Shown here piece after piece: positions 24,447 through 38,808 of a DNA stretch of 64,000 nucleotides; position 1 is the first letter of the stretch, and the number at the start of each line of letters is the position of its first letter. The notes beneath the pieces were generated by a model. That model was not told where the DNA came from. It did no database searches and was given only the letters and a program-made list of their open reading frames with translations. The stretch covers positions 17,085,077-17,149,076 of the forward strand of contig CM109626.1 of the NCBI GenBank assembly GCA_048628825.1, read 5' to 3'. Source of the stretch: Menidia menidia. Its lineage: Eukaryota. The position numbers and the translations under genes were made by a program.

Positions 24447-25133
24447 TTATGTTCAAAGAGGAGGATCCCCTGCTGCACCGGTCCTCTGCGGCCCCCCTAG
24501 ACGGGGGGACGATGTGTCCGGTGGGGGCTCCACCCAGGATGGACCGAGGCTTCCAAATGTCCGATGAGCGGGGCCTTGGTTTCCACCTGCCCCCCTACCC
24601 CTCCACCTACTCACCCCCCTGCCCGCCCATGAGCTACCACGAGGAGTTCTGCTCCAAACCCGACTCGGCTGTGGAGGAGCCGGCCGGGTCTGAGCGCCAC
24701 CCGAGTTTCGAGAACCTGGAGCTGGGTTTCACCGAGCTCCTCCCCCCTCTGTACCCACGCGGCCCACAGCCTCCCTCCCCCTCTCCTTCCCCATGGCTGG
24801 ACTCTCCATACCTATCCTCCTCCCCCTCCCCCTCCCACTCCTCCTCTCTCAGCCCGTTCCCCACTGGAAGCCCCATCTCAAACTCGCCTCTGCCCCCCAT
24901 CACCACCTCGCCGTATCCCCAGTACTCTGCTTTCCCTCAGGAGGTGTGTCCCTCCCCTCCATCCAACCCCTATCAGGACATCTGCTCGGCACCTTACTCC
25001 TACTACGAGGGCTGGGACCCCCAGGGGAGGGTGCTGGGTGCGGGTCACGGAGGAGAAGGGGACGCTAAGATCCAGGAGTGCCCTCTGGAGTTTACCAGCT
25101 CTGCCTCTATGCACCACATTACCTTTGAAGAAG
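24447..25133 (+). CDS. nfatc4: nfatc4 coding exon 12 (proline/serine-rich C-terminal transactivation region)
   Basis: VMFKEEDPLLHRSS...PPYPSTYSPPCPPMSYHEEFC...ITFEE matches human VICKEEPLPDSS...PPRPPYPSYPHEDPACETPY...ITLEE. The donor is G|GTGAGA. Confidence 0.8.
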
Positions 25134-26927
25134 GTGAGAAAAGCTTATTTACCTAAATGTGCAAGAATCTGTTCATACAATTTCTTTTTGGGCCACTGAT
25201 ACAAATAAGAGGATGAATTCAGAACAGGAAATGGCTATTTTCATTACTGTTAATTATTTTGTGGTAATATTTAATCTTCTCATCTTCTATGTTATAACTA
25301 TCGATTGAGAAGAGACATTTTAATCATGGTACCTGAAATTCCAGTACTTCTAATTCTTCCATCATGGCATCTGATGGAGGGTTACGTCACCAAGTGAGGG
25401 AAATGTTTTAATGAGTTTGATGCAATGTATAATGAAAGCAATGAATGGAATTTGTGTTTTTCTGTGGTGAAAAATGAGCTAATCAGTGTTCCTTGCACCG
25501 CACGGCTATGATAATTAACAGATAATAAATTAATCTGATTAATTTGTTTAGCTTTTTTAGTGCTTTAACGGTTATTTCCAGATTATTTGGAGTTGAAATT
25601 AGTGGTTGGGTCCTTTCAAAAACAAATGAATTTCCCCTGAAGATTTGTGATTATAATAATAGCTTAAGTTCTTACAGAAACAGTAAATCAGTGAGTATGA
25701 CCACACAGAGAATGGAGAGACGGATCCGGAAAACTTCTAAAATGACTGAAAAGTAGAAAGTAATTTGAGCCAGGATGAATAAAAGTGGTACATTTATAAT
25801 AGGCACGAACAAAGAGGTATTTGTTCTCTGTGTGCTTTGACAGACTCCAACTGCATCAGGAGGGACATTGCAAAAAGTCGATATTGTAGGAATCCTACAG
25901 TTAGACAAAGAATAGGAATCACCTAGCAGGTTTCCTTTGTCTTTATCCCTTTAAAAAAATCTGGTGTTTTGTGATCTTAACTGATTCATATAAAATATTT
26001 TATATTATGGGTTGCTGCTTTGGGAAGAGCTATTCACATTAGTAGAAAAAAAAGATTAGATTCATTTTACAACTGCAAACAAGCTAAGTAACTGCTCTGC
26101 TGCCTTGGAAATGCATGGACTGAACAGTTAAAGCAGCTTTTGTGTCCAAGGGCTCCTCTGTCCATACTTACCAGCAGTAGCTGTCAACATGTGCTTTGGT
26201 TTGGAGTCTAGAGACAGTGTTGCTGAAATCCGGCTCTGCATGTGTTAAATTCCTGTAATGGTTAATGAAAGGCGAACCAATAATGCTGCACCTTAACCAA
26301 ACCCGGAAAATAAAAAATTAATGCAAAAACAAACCATATGTCGGTCTGGACGACATTCTGGAGGCTCCAAAATTCCTCCAGAATCAAAGAGTGGGAGTGT
26401 CTAAAATCCAGAAAAAAACAAATAAATCAAGATTAAATATAAATAGTTTAGAAAATTGAATATAACATTTCTTTTTAGCATGTCCTTCACAGCGAACGTT
26501 AGAATCCGATGCCAAATATTGTGGTAAACTGACATTAGCTTGTGTATTTGCTGGCAACGCTTTCACCTCAGGATAGCTTACCTGATCTAAGATGTTATTG
26601 GATGCTGTTTTTCTGTTTTCTCCAGCTTCTCTTCAGCTGTTTTCTGAATTTTTTAGCTGAGCTACAGGGAAAATTCTGCCCTGATCTTTATATCAGGCCG
26701 TCGTGGCTAAAAAGGCTTGTGTAGCAGGCTGGAATTCCTCCAGCTCTCCAACTGTTTTCGTTCCTTTGTGTGATAAGCTATAAATAGTTTTATTGTCTTT
26801 TCATTCTAGCTTTTCCTGAGTCAAACAAACAATAACAGAGATGCAGTATAAGAAATGGAGAGATTGCTAATTAGGTTTACGCTGCAGTGCAAGGATGTGA
26901 TTTTCTCCTCTTTTGTCATCTCCACAG

Positions 26928-26998
26928 TGTCCGAGTTCATCGGAGAAGACATCCAGTCGTACCAGGGAGGCTCACAAATGAACAACCAGCCCAACTGA
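26928..26998 (+). CDS. nfatc4: nfatc4 terminal coding exon
   Basis: VSEFIGEDIQSYQGGSQMNNQPN* matches human VSEIIGRDLSG.... The acceptor is tctccacag|. With it the summed CDS is 2661 nt, or 887 codons. Confidence 0.7.
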
Positions 26999-29900
26999 GC
27001 TCCGATTACCCCAATTCGATATTCAGCATCTTTATAAATTCCTTGTGCACTTGGTATGAAGATGCTTTGCAGCAGTTATATGTAACATTGACAAGAGACA
27101 CTGTTGTTATTTCGCCCAGAGGTAACTGTTTTATAAAGGGAATTTAATGTTTTTAACATGTCTTCAATATAAATTATACAAGAAACAGTGGGTGTGGTGC
27201 GTCTTTCTGAGTGTTTTTTTTTTATGCACCTGGAAAAAATTCAGGGAATAAAAGAACACTGAGTCCAGAGGGGAGGCACAGAAGGAGAAGAGCTAATGGA
27301 AAATGAACAGGCAATGAACAGTGAGTTATTAATCATAGTTTCTGCGATACCGAGGTAGAAAACAATAAAACGTCCAGCATCTCAGCAGAGTCTCTACTTT
27401 CGAATTACACTTGCAGAAATGTTGCGGCGCTCAGCTGTTTCCGTGTGACGGAAACATTTTAATAATGGCTGCAGGTTTTATGATCCAGTGCTGTCAAATG
27501 GCAGCAGTTAGCTCTAATTTACTCTGTAATAGTTTACTGAAATAACTTTTCATCAGATAAGATAACTTGGAGTAGCTATTAAATAAGAATTTGCTCATTG
27601 AGTTGAAAAATTCCCTTCAGAAAAAAGTTCATATGGAGTTGCAGTGAGGCGTTAAAAGAAGCCAACAGCCTGACCTTTTCAACGGGCTGTGGGGTTTGAA
27701 GCCGTTGGAAATCTTTGTAAGAGGAAGTGTTAGTTTGATTGAGCAAAGCAGAGCTATATAAGAGCGCTGTGACACCAGAATTAGAGCAAACCTAAAACAG
27801 CAGCTGTTATTGATGAAACTCATCCTGTTGTCAAACTTCACTGGCCTAATTTTGGGTTTGTGCTCTCTACACAAATATTAGTCTTTAAGTCCTGCTAAAA
27901 AAGGCAGTAAAATTAACAGAACAACGTGGCTTTTTTAAAGTTTTATGTTTAGTTTATTTGGTTCACCGCTGACATACGAGCCCCAAAAAAAAGTTTGACG
28001 TCAAAAGAAAGCTGAGGCCGAGCTATGAGCATTTTTCAGGATTTACTTTGTTGTAGCTCCGCAGAAGCTATAACTCGCTCCAGACTCCGACCTTTCCAGC
28101 TTGGGCTCCTTTTTTTTTTGTCCCTGGATGCAGCTCAGGAAAGGTAGTTAGACACGGAAAGCCAAGAGAAGCCAAAAATAACAGAATGGAAAGCTCCTGG
28201 TGTTTAAAGCGCTCCCTTTACAATTTTAATTGCTTTTACACAATCTTGAGGCAACAGTTGGCACACGGTTTATTTTAAAAAAAAAAATCAATGGGGGAGG
28301 GGGTAGTGGTGTGGAACTTTTTTATTTAATTGATGTGTAGGGATGTCAGACAAAGAGAAAGACTCATGTGGAGACTGTTTTTATCCATTTTTAACAAAAC
28401 ATCTGTTCAATTTATTTATATGGCCCTCAGACATCTTTCAAACTATGAAGAAATGGAGAGAAAAAAGCAGAAAGTAAAGAGGAACTGAGCCAAGAGAGCA
28501 GGAATAATATCAAGTATGAGCTTTTTCTCTTCCAAAAAGAAAGGCAAAAAAGACCACTTCAATGCGTCCAATGCTGGTTATAGGTGTAAATTCAATTTTA
28601 AGTTACATAAATTCTTGTCAAATCTGGAAACACAGAACTGATTCAATCTCTGGCTGTCACTTCTAACTTTGGTTGTCAAAGTCTGGCATAGTTTCCCAGC
28701 CTCTGAGCAGACAAGCGGGTCAGTCTGACATTAACCTTCCAAATGACTCACTTTAAACGTTAGTTTCCAATCTTGAAAAAGAATGTACTGTGTATATGTA
28801 TACATATAGATATTCCTATATGAATCGTATTATATTTGAATTCAGATAGTAAATCCTGTCTGAATACCTAATTCTCGCTAATGCATCTGACCATGTCTGT
28901 TTCTCTTCTTTCAACACTTTTTGTTTTATGAAATCACACAAAATGACACCAGGGGGAGGTATAAACCCAAATATCAGGGACACAAAGAGGTTAACACAAC
29001 AGTTGCTTTCATGGAAATGTTTTCCGTGGACTCCTCCGTGCTGATGTGCTAACAGAGCGATAACGGTGTTGAAAGCCGCCTTCAGCTGGACTCCCTGAAG
29101 ACAAACCAACTATAGAATCATGAGGAGTTCAAACAAATGCTGTCTCTGAGCTCTAGGTGCAGTTTAAGAGTAAAACTGTTAAGACACAATTTGCCAGCTT
29201 GCATTGTTTATTCAAAGATCAGTTCACATGTCAGTTGCAGCTTTCAGCTGTTTTTGAAGTCTGATGCTGTTTTCAGGCATTGACTTTCTGTCAATTAATT
29301 TAGCATTAATCCCATTTTTGTAGTAGACTCACTCCTACACACCAACATTATGTCCCAGATAAAGATATCCAGCCTGGAAATCCACGTTAGAAAAATCCAA
29401 ACTAAAACTGGACCTAAACTTAGACTGAGATTAAGCAGCAAATGAGTGGCGAGCCCCCGGGAACCTCCTCCATCAACGCCATCACAGGTGTGGCAGCTCC
29501 AGACCACCCCAGGAATAGAGACCAGGGGAGGTGGAACACTGGAATCATATCTATTCTGCAGGAGCCATTTTAACTTGAAAGCTCACAGTAAATTTTGCAG
29601 GTCAGTCTGAAACAAAACGGCAGCAAACATCCACACGACCTGGACGGAGCTGGGTGGAGAAACGCACCGGCATCTGTTTCCTCAATCTTTGCCTCCTTTG
29701 CCCTGAGTGACCCTCACCCTTACAGGTCACTTTTACCCATTTTCATGCATTCCACTTCCTCAGTGGCGTCACGGTCTCTGTGGTCTTTGTTGTCCCTCCC
29801 TCTATTCTTACTTTTGATCTTCTGATTTCCATGTTTTGTGTTCTGCTTCCAGCCCTAATTACACAGCAGGGCTGTGTCTGAGAAGTCTACTAACTCACTA

Positions 29901-32900
29901 CCTCATCCACTACAGACAGCTGCTCATTTCATACTCTCCTGGATTCTAATTCATATATAAATGTCTGTCCATGTACACACAGCATGAACAAATAGGGCAA
30001 ACCTGTAGGGCTGAACAAAATGTGGAGTCTGGCACATAACTAAATCAAACTTTATGATACAGAATAAATACATTTTAAGCTTTTTTTGTGGTGCTTTGGA
30101 AATCATGTGGTAGGGGGTATTGTGACCAAAACAGTAGAGTAACTATTTTGTTTTAAGTGTTTCCTGTTCGATGCTTTGGGGGCTAATTAGAGTGTGTGGA
30201 ATTGGTTTTAGAGCAGCACCAGCTCCCATCACAGGGACGTCTTCTTCAGAGAAATCTTTGCAAATTTCACCACAACCACATTATTCATCGTACTGCATCT
30301 CTTCCAACGGCATGGCTGTGCAGTGGGAGGCCCTTTGATGCATTATGATTCGCAAAATCTGATTTCGCCCTGGACACCGGGGACTGGCGAGCAGATACAA
30401 TCTCATATCTGGTCCTGCATCTGGTCCCCACAGCTCCCAGATGTTGTCAGCCTGCTGTTAAAAGGAGAGGGATGCTACAGAAGGATGTTCCACCTTCAAC
30501 GTATGATGTTTTGCATGTTATATTCTAAGAAAAAGAAAATACATGCAAATCATTTAACAAAAAAAAAGCCCACCATTGTTTCTGATGGGTTGCAAAAAGG
30601 GAGCTACATGACAATTAACACCCCACGTGTTCACGGACAAACCTCCACGAGTGGGTGGTTTCTGGACATGAATACTGATAATTCATCTGTTCCTGTTGGC
30701 TGAGACAGACTCTGGCTTCCTCGTGTCCGAGATTCACACCAGATGTTTTCAAAGGGGGAGCAAATCACCGGCCCTCCTCTGACTTTAAACATCATAAGTG
30801 GAAGATTCTTCTGGGAAATGTCTTGTTTTGTGACTCCTCCTGGCACGAAAAGAGCAACCAGTGCTCACCAAACAATTAAACAGCTCAAACAAAAGTGATA
30901 TAGTGGTAGGATGATTTTTAAACACGCTGACTGAGGGAACATTTCTGGAAGTTCATTCCATGAATAGTCAGTTGACTTTTAGAATACACATCTGACAAAA
31001 ATGTAGATAAACCTCAGCTGTCGAGGTCCCTGAGCAGCACTTTACTTGGGAGGGGATAAGATTAATGGACTGCCAAGGTCTCTCTCCAGTGTTACTGCAT
31101 TTTTACCTGATGAATAAGACTAAAACTGCAGTATCTTTATGTCTTGAGACCACAGAAAGAGGAATAAAACATACAACACACAGCATAAGATTCTCTAGGT
31201 GTTACTTTACCAATACTGATCTACTAGCCCTTTACAGAGGTCACTGGGCTCTGGGCAACAAATCAAATCCCATTCAAGCCAGAAACGGGACAAATTTATC
31301 TTTACTTCTACTTGAATATGCAAAGTCGCCGAAGCAGGGAAAAGATTCCATTAGCAGGTCTTTCAGGTGTCCAATTTTCATACTTTTTCAAATAAGTTTT
31401 TAAGTCTTATGCTGCTTTGTTCAGAGGTGGAAAAATGTCTCCAACTGAATTTAGTAAGTCATTTTTTTCTTTTTGAAACCAACCATAAAGTGATTTTATG
31501 CTGTGTTCTGTGTGGGGCCGTTTTGAGGTCACGATGCTCCCTCACAGCACAGCCTAACAAAAAACACTTCATTAAACTCAAAACTGCTGCTCCTCAGGCT
31601 GAGCAATCGCTAGGATGAATAAACAGAGGGCAAAAAGACCTTCGCCTGAACAACAGAGGTACAAATTTACACTGAACAGGAAGCACCTGATTACAACACA
31701 GACGAGGGTCAGCGTGAGGCTGAAAATGTGTCTAAATCATTTGAGCATGTGGCTGAACAACACAACGAATACACTCTGTGTGTGACGCACTCACAGCTGT
31801 TTGCTGTATCCCTGACAGTTTGGGATGGAGAAGAGGCTCCAAACTGGGGGTTCAGGAAACACGATGCCCATCACAACAGCAATGGCCCTAAGAGTGAATC
31901 AGCCATTTTCTACAGTGAGCAATTAAGCATTGTCATTCTAGTGTGGTTCCACACTCCAGTCCTGGCTGGGGGCAGAACAACACATGCATGTGGGACAAAA
32001 GTCTCACTGTGGCCTCTCTCCTTTGTATCAGGCTATTGTGGTGCCGATGACTCAGTCTTTGTTCCTCTTCTCGTGAAAGTGGGAATGCCTAGAATGAATT
32101 TAGATCCTGCGGCGGAATGGAAAGGCCACGCCCTGCCGGGCCTTTCAGCTACTAACGGCACCAAACCTACGGGAAGATCTAAACGAAAAATAATAATACT
32201 GTGCTCCCAAATTGAACTTAGATGAGGCTAATCCTTGACCAACAGCGAGGAGTGGAAAACAAGATGTTCAGATCATAACTGAGTTCTTGTCAGTGAGTGG
32301 TAATAACAGAAAGTGACTTATAATGTATTACATATATCCTAAAATATGAAGAAAGGAACCACAAAAAATGCTCTGACCACTTTTGTTTACAGTGTGAAAA
32401 AAATAGATGGAGGCAAAAAAAGGTGTATTCTGCAGCATTCCATAGAAAAAACGTTGCCCCTAAGAGGAGAAGTGAATGTGTAAAACACCGTCAATACACT
32501 GTCACTCGATGCACACGGGCTGTTTGCTCTCTTGCTGCTTAGGAAGCTGGCCAGAAGTCGCCACATCCCCTTTCCTCTGGCAAAATTAACTCCATGACAT
32601 GTCATTGTACCGAGACCGGGGGTCATTGTTGTCCTGTTTCCCGGCGATATATTTATGGTTGACACATGTGTCGGGTGTCCTGCTTCAGGTCTGTGTAGCA
32701 ACAAGCGATCAAAACTCTAAGGTCTGTGTGAGTCATCCGCAATCTGATTTAGGGTCATTTTTGCCGCCGTCTGCTGAGAGCCCGAGAGGGTGTGGCAGTA
32801 AGAGAGGAAGAGGAGGCAGGGGATGGTGGTGATTGAAAAGATAAACTGGGAAAATATGAAAAAGCTGCAGATTTCTTATTTGACTTTCACATCAGACAAA

Positions 32901-33479
32901 CATTTTCCATTAGATAATTTGTTTATCTGTGCAAACGTGCCTGACAGAGATGGCTGAAAGTATAAATCCAAAGGATGAGACGAACCAGAACCAGACACAA
33001 TCATCAGTTTCTCTGTTTACAATATGGCTTTTATTGGAACACTGGATTACATTTTCCTACAACACTTACGTGGCTTTCACACTTGAAACGGTGGAATATA
33101 TATATATATAAAAAAGGTATAAACTCTAACACTGTCAACATTTACAGAGAGAAAAAGCATCTTTTCTATGTGGGTGGGGGCGGGGAGGGGTGGTTACTTT
33201 TATAACAATAGATCCAATCATCAGTCTCCGAATGAACGAGTGAACTTTGATTTTATTCTTTCATCTTTAGATTTCTGACATTGATTGTAGCTTGCAGATA
33301 CAGATATATCATAGCAGCAGCAGAGGTTTAACATTTCTGAAATACCAAACATGAATGTCCTTCCAGCCCTGAACAATAAATTTGACGACCTTAGGGGTAT
33401 ATAGATAAGACTGATGGTGATTAGGCAATAATCTCTGTGGAAAACAAAACCATCAAAAGGTGAAATCTTTATTAAATGA

Positions 33480-33605
33480 AGAAACCTGGCGCCCAGTCTA
33501 AGATGTACCACGCCTCTCACCCGTCATCATGGGATAGGCTCCAGCCCCCCCGCGACCCCACTGGGAGTAAGCGGTATAGAAAATGGATGGATGGTGAAAC
33601 GTAAA
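33480..33605. repeat. Probable fragment of a dispersed teleost repeat (...ggataggctccagcccccccgcgaccccactgggagtaagcggtatagaaaatggatggatgg)
   Basis: The motif resembles sequences I recall from a common percomorph interspersed repeat. It is not verified. Confidence 0.3.
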
Positions 33606-34630
33606 AAAATTTGATCCCCACTTAGATATAACTGCATACATCTTATACATATCACTTTGTCCATGTTTAAAGAGCAAAAATATTCATAGTCAGGCTTACT
33701 CATTGACATGCAACAAACAAAACCACTATTAGCTTTTTTTCCTTCATTTTCTGTCACAAACAATGTTTACATGCACATTTTTAGTACTTTCAGTGGCCAG
33801 AATCCATCAGAGGAACACAACGCTTCAGAGGACATGAGAGGCTAAAGTTTGTGCTTTCTGGCGTTTTTATATTTGGAAAAATTGTTGATTTTGTACATTT
33901 TCTTTTGGCTTCTGAGATGTACTTGATGTTACCTTCGTTTCTGTTTAAATTGTCCTGATTTCTTTTGGTTACCTGTGCATGCTTTCGCTGATTGGCTTAA
34001 TTCAAATCTGCAATCTTAACTGATAGTTAGCTGCGTTGTCTGGCTTTGCAGACTGCAACAAATCAATCACCATTTCTAAATCTGCCTTTGTCTTCTCGCT
34101 AAAAGGATTTCACTCTGGCCTCCAAGAATAAAGATACACAGGCCACTGGCAGCAAAGCACACGAACAGTAAGCCTCAGTAATGGAAGGAAATGTCATTGT
34201 ACATGTAAACAAACCATTGATTTAAGCTTCACCCACTTTTTTTTTTGTTCTCTAAGATTATCTGCTGTGCTGTATGCTTCACATAAAATTGAATTTGGCG
34301 GCTCTACGGGGCAAAAACAAAAAAGATTTAAAGAAGAGGCCAAAAGGAGCACAGGTGTTGGGTTTTGACCAGCTAGATGTGTCAGTTTCCTACCTTGAAA
34401 AGCATCATTCATGGTGCATGTGCGCTTCTCCTCTGATACATTCCGAGCCAACCTTTACACAGCTACTTTAGGCTTCATCCCCTCCTGTTATATTCAGAAC
34501 CAGCGCAGGTGCTGAGGACAATAGGGTGTCCTTGCAGCAGTGTATTTGACAGCAGTTTTACAGCCTTTACTTAAGTGGCCAAATTCAATCTTATTTGGAG
34601 CACACTAGCTAGCCCGGCGCCCTTGAGCCC

Positions 34631-35512
34631 TCAAGCGCTGACGAACACGAGGCGGGTGGAGTAGATGAGGTCGGCCAGGTAGAGGATGAAGTTGACGGCG
34701 GTGAGCACGGCCACGGCCATCAGCTTATCCCACACGCACAAACCCATCTGGCTGCTGCAGCTGTACGGCCGGTTCTTCGTCCCGCCGTGATTGGGGTGAA
34801 AGTTGAAGATGGGCCAGACGATGGTCGCCGACAGATAGAGGACCACGGCCAGCAGGGCGTAGGCCGACAGGAAACGGGCGAACGGGAAGGGCAGGCAGCC
34901 CGTGCACTCGCCGATGCAGAGCAGGATGATGGCCGCCGACAGGATGAAGCAGATGCAGTAGACCGACATGCAGTACTTGAGTGCGTCGTGGCGGTCGTAC
35001 AGCACCGGGTCGCTGATGAAAACGAAGATGATGCAGGCCACGAAGGTCTCGCAGACCTTCAGCAGGCCGGGGGCCGTGGCCATGTAGCCGGCCACCTCGC
35101 CCGGACGCGCCTTGCTGATGCTCACCTCGGTCATGTAGGCGATGGTGGCCAGGCAGGAGAAGACCGTCGCCACGATGCGGAAGTCCCGGACCTCGCTCTG
35201 GCCGGCGGAGCCCTTGAGGAAGTAGAGGGGGAAGATGATGGAGGCGGACAGGCAGAGGAGGGCGGCGTAGCAGGCAAAGGTGATGGGGAAGTTCTTCCAG
35301 GAAACGGGGGCCCGGGTCTGCAGGCCGAACAGCTCCACCAGGATGACCAGCAGGGTGCCGGCGAAGCTGAAGGCCCAGCAGAAGATGCACCAGTCCCCGG
35401 TGCCGTGGTAGAGTCTGGCGCCGTGCACGGCCACAGAGAAGGCCACGCAGGAGAAGGCCAGGGCGGCCAGCCGTGTCCACAGCAGAGGGCTGGACTGGAG
35501 GACTATCGCCAT
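34631..35512 (-). CDS. myadm: myadm-like (myeloid-associated differentiation marker family, two MARVEL domains), a single-exon 293-aa ORF
   Basis: The full-length ORF aligns along its length with human MYADM (...[55 protein letters not shown]... versus ...[52 protein letters not shown]... and [28 protein letters not shown] versus [28 protein letters not shown]). Confidence 0.85.
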   Translation of the reverse strand: MAIVLQSSPLLWTRLAALAFSCVAFSVAVHGARLYHGTGDWCIFCWAFSFAGTLLVILVELFGLQTRAPVSWKNFPITFACYAALLCLSASIIFPLYFLKGSAGQSEVRDFRIVATVFSCLATIAYMTEVSISKARPGEVAGYMATAPGLLKVCETFVACIIFVFISDPVLYDRHDALKYCMSVYCICFILSAAIILLCIGECTGCLPFPFARFLSAYALLAVVLYLSATIVWPIFNFHPNHGGTKNRPYSCSSQMGLCVWDKLMAVAVLTAVNFILYLADLIYSTRLVFVSA

Positions 35513-38500
35513 GATGGGATTTCTTATGTATGAAGAAACAGGCTGATGACTTTCTTTCCTTTTGGTGGTCTTAGTCTTTTATCAATCAGCCGCTCAGGTA
35601 GAGGAAACTGTTAAGAAACAAGACAATTAAAGAAGAATTAGTGTTTTTGAGATTTTTGCATAAGTTGTTCTACTTTTCCATGAAATAAAGCCTCCAGAAA
35701 CATGAGACCAACAGCTTGCAACTACCTAAACAGACTCTGTCCTCCTACATAGGATTTACTCAGGGGCACAATGTTGTGATTGTATTCCATGAATGGCAGA
35801 CAAAACAACTCAGATCATGAAAATACAATTTGAAACCACAAATAATGACCGCACTGTGGTCACGCTGGTCATCGCACATTTGAATCTGCTCCCGTCAGCT
35901 GGAGAACGCGCTCCTTTGTGTTTTTCTGCCTCGTACCACACTGCAGATCTAACAGCATTCCTGCACTCGCTCTGACATTCCTCAATGGTCAAGTCCTCCT
36001 GATAGGAGTGGCGCCGCATCCTCCACTAAATCCACACTGTATCTGTCAACATGCTCTAAACATGGCTCTCTTCATTCGTTCCACTCCCACTCCCAAAAGC
36101 TCAGTGGAGCTTGAGTTCTGAACTTCTGCACCTTCGTTAGCAGAAAGATTTCATCACAATTTGAACTTGAGAGCCACTCTGGGTATGGGAATTTTTCAAA
36201 ATGCCTTTGGATGTTTTATTCTAGTGTTTGGGTTTGATCTATGCACTTTGAGTCAGTTTTTTTCAGAGGCTTGACAGATAACAGTATGGTTGCGTTTAAA
36301 TCAGGTTGGTGTACTTAGTTCTTTAACTTTCTTGTGAAGTTCTTTTAATTATAATTGTTTGAGAATTTCATAGTAAAAAAAGGTTCTAAATTTAATTTGA
36401 TACTTTTTCTATGTTTTGTCTGTTGAGTCCCTTAAACTATATTACTTCCAAAAAAGTTGAACAAGATGGCCTTAAATTTTATCTAAATTCAACATTGCAA
36501 CTGAACCACCAGATGTGGCTAAACTAAAGGTTCACACACATCCTCCCGTTCTCACAGCTGTTGTTGCCCCTGTTTGCACTAAACAAATGGAAAGCAAAGA
36601 GTCTTCCCTTCTCTGCCAGCTCTAAAATGACTTCGCTACCAGCAAAGCAAGACAAATGTTCTGTTTATTGCTGCAAGAGCAAATGCAATGCTCTTCCACT
36701 TAAGGCAATAGGAGGTATTACCCATAACCAGAGCATTACCGGCAGCACACCCATTTTGAAAAATCAGCCTACAGAATGGCAAAAAACCTAATTCATCACT
36801 TTGGACTGGAAAGGCAGCAAAGTATGATTTTTTAAAAGTGTTTCTCTGCTGGTCAAACTTTCCAGAAAGGAGTTCGGCTGCTGTATTTCTGACATCATTG
36901 TTGGCGAATGTTGTGACAAAAACAAGCTACCAAATGATCAAGCCCAAAGAAAGCATATGCCCAAAGCAGTGAGTCCTTACTGAACACTATCTGAGACATG
37001 CCCTTATCCAGTAATATACGATCACATTTTCCAAAAGCAAATGAGGAATGAATCAGAGAGCATGTCCCTCACCATCCACTCTGTCAAGCCAAAGTAAAAT
37101 TTCAGATTTTACATGCATGCTTAAGTAAAAGTCTGCCTACAAATACAGTGTTCAATAAACCCATTGGATCAACCCATTTCTGACTTAAACACTTAAACAT
37201 AAATTATTAAGCTAACAGGAACAAGATCCTCTTAAAACAACAGGCAAAGTTTGTTTTAAGTACTTTATACTTTCTATTCTGATAGGTTGGATGTTCTTAC
37301 AGCTGACATGACCACAAGTACAAGCGTCAAGATAATGATAAAACACAATGTAATCAAGTGTCCTACAAAGGTCAGTAACCTTGCTTAGTAATGTAAAAAC
37401 ATGGCACCGTGGTAATAGTAGCTTAGCTAAAACTGTAAGACTCCATTTGTTTACTTGTTTATGTTTGTATTACATTACACTTATAACAAGGCTTAAACAA
37501 TTGGGCAGGACAACTTTGCACTAACCACTTTAGTTTATGCAAACTACTCAGATCCCATCCCAGGTTTGGTCATGAGCCATTAGCACAGTAAAACTGATGC
37601 CATTCCTTTTGATTGAAGTTGTAAAGAACTGATGCATAGTACTTTCCTAAACAGTCCCTTCCTTGCCGCTTCTATTCTACGTTAATTTTTCTTGACCTTT
37701 TGAAATAAGATCTTTAAAAAGCCTGAACATAGCCACCGAACAGACATAACGGGTGTTTGTTAAACACGAAGACACTCTGACCACACTAGCAGCTCTCCCT
37801 CCCATCCCGCCAGACACCCGTCGCCCACTTGGCTCCCACAGCACTGAGCTCCGAGTTCCCAGTTTACACAGAGAGATGGATATAAACAAGGAGAAATGGC
37901 TGGTTTACATTAGCCGCATTAAACACCTATGGAGCAGTCAAAGCTGGGGAGTTGAAAAGCTGAACTGGTGGCACGGCATAGTCGCAAATAGGGGGAAAAA
38001 AATTAGACCAAAGTGGAAAAGTAGACCTGCAAAATGTCATGCAGGATGGCTGAGGAGGTAGGGGAGGGAGTAAAATTGGAGAACATGGGGGAAGCCCTGT
38101 GCCTCGGCCACAAAAGGACACATAGCTTAAACAAAGTGACGGAGTGGAATAGCAATAGAGTGAGTCAGCACTGAGCTCCTCTGTTTCTCCACTTTTCCTC
38201 TCTCCCCACCTCCTCCCCAATTTCTTGTAAGATTTTCCAGCTTGCTGATGCTTTCCAGATGTGCAGCAGTCTGGTGGCTGCTGAACAACTGGTAACTTTG
38301 TCATATTTGCCAAGTTTTTCCTTCCCCGTTGTTTCCTCTTCGTTTCTCCCTTCCCTTTTGTGGCTGTTGCACTTCTCTTTTCCATCTGCTGTCCTCTTTT
38401 CCCCTCTCTGTTCAATACTCCCTCCAAAGCCTTATAGTCAAGCTACCAATTATACCTCATGTAAACTGCTTGCAATAAACATATATGGAGGGTCATGATG

Positions 38501-38751
38501 GAAAAAAAATCAAACCGTCGGGAGCTGCCATGATTGCTTTGCTGCTTATGGCATCAGGTCAGGAAAGGAAATAGGAGATGAAAGTGGTACAAGAGAGAAT
38601 AATAAAAGTGTGGAAAAAAGTGTCTTTTCACAGCTCAGCATGGAAAACACGACCCAGGACTTCCCCAAATGGAAAATTTACCGAGTGTAGATTCAAACAT
38701 TAGCACAGCATGTGATAACACTATGCTTTTCTGTACGTGCCCCGTTTCAGA

Positions 38752-38808
38752 CGTACACACGCACACACACACGCACACACACACGCACGCACACACACCC
38801 AGACATTA
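38752..38808. repeat. Imperfect (CA)n/(CACG)n microsatellite
   Basis: acacacgcacacacacacgcacacacacacgcacgcacacacac. Confidence 0.8.

Noticed and set aside
31728-32225. 165-aa plus-strand ORF in the nfatc4-myadm intergenic region
   Set aside because: I recognised no similarity to any protein and no splice context. It is most likely a chance ORF in non-coding DNA.
34725-35533. 251-aa minus-strand ORF and 248-aa plus-strand ORF overlapping the myadm-like gene
   Set aside because: Both lie in alternative frames or antisense to the well-supported MARVEL-domain ORF. Their proline-, arginine- and glycine-rich composition is a GC-content artefact.
37927-38427. 166-aa low-complexity minus-strand ORF (rich in K, R, P, S)
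   Set aside because: Its composition is typical of a chance ORF across simple sequence, and it has no homology.
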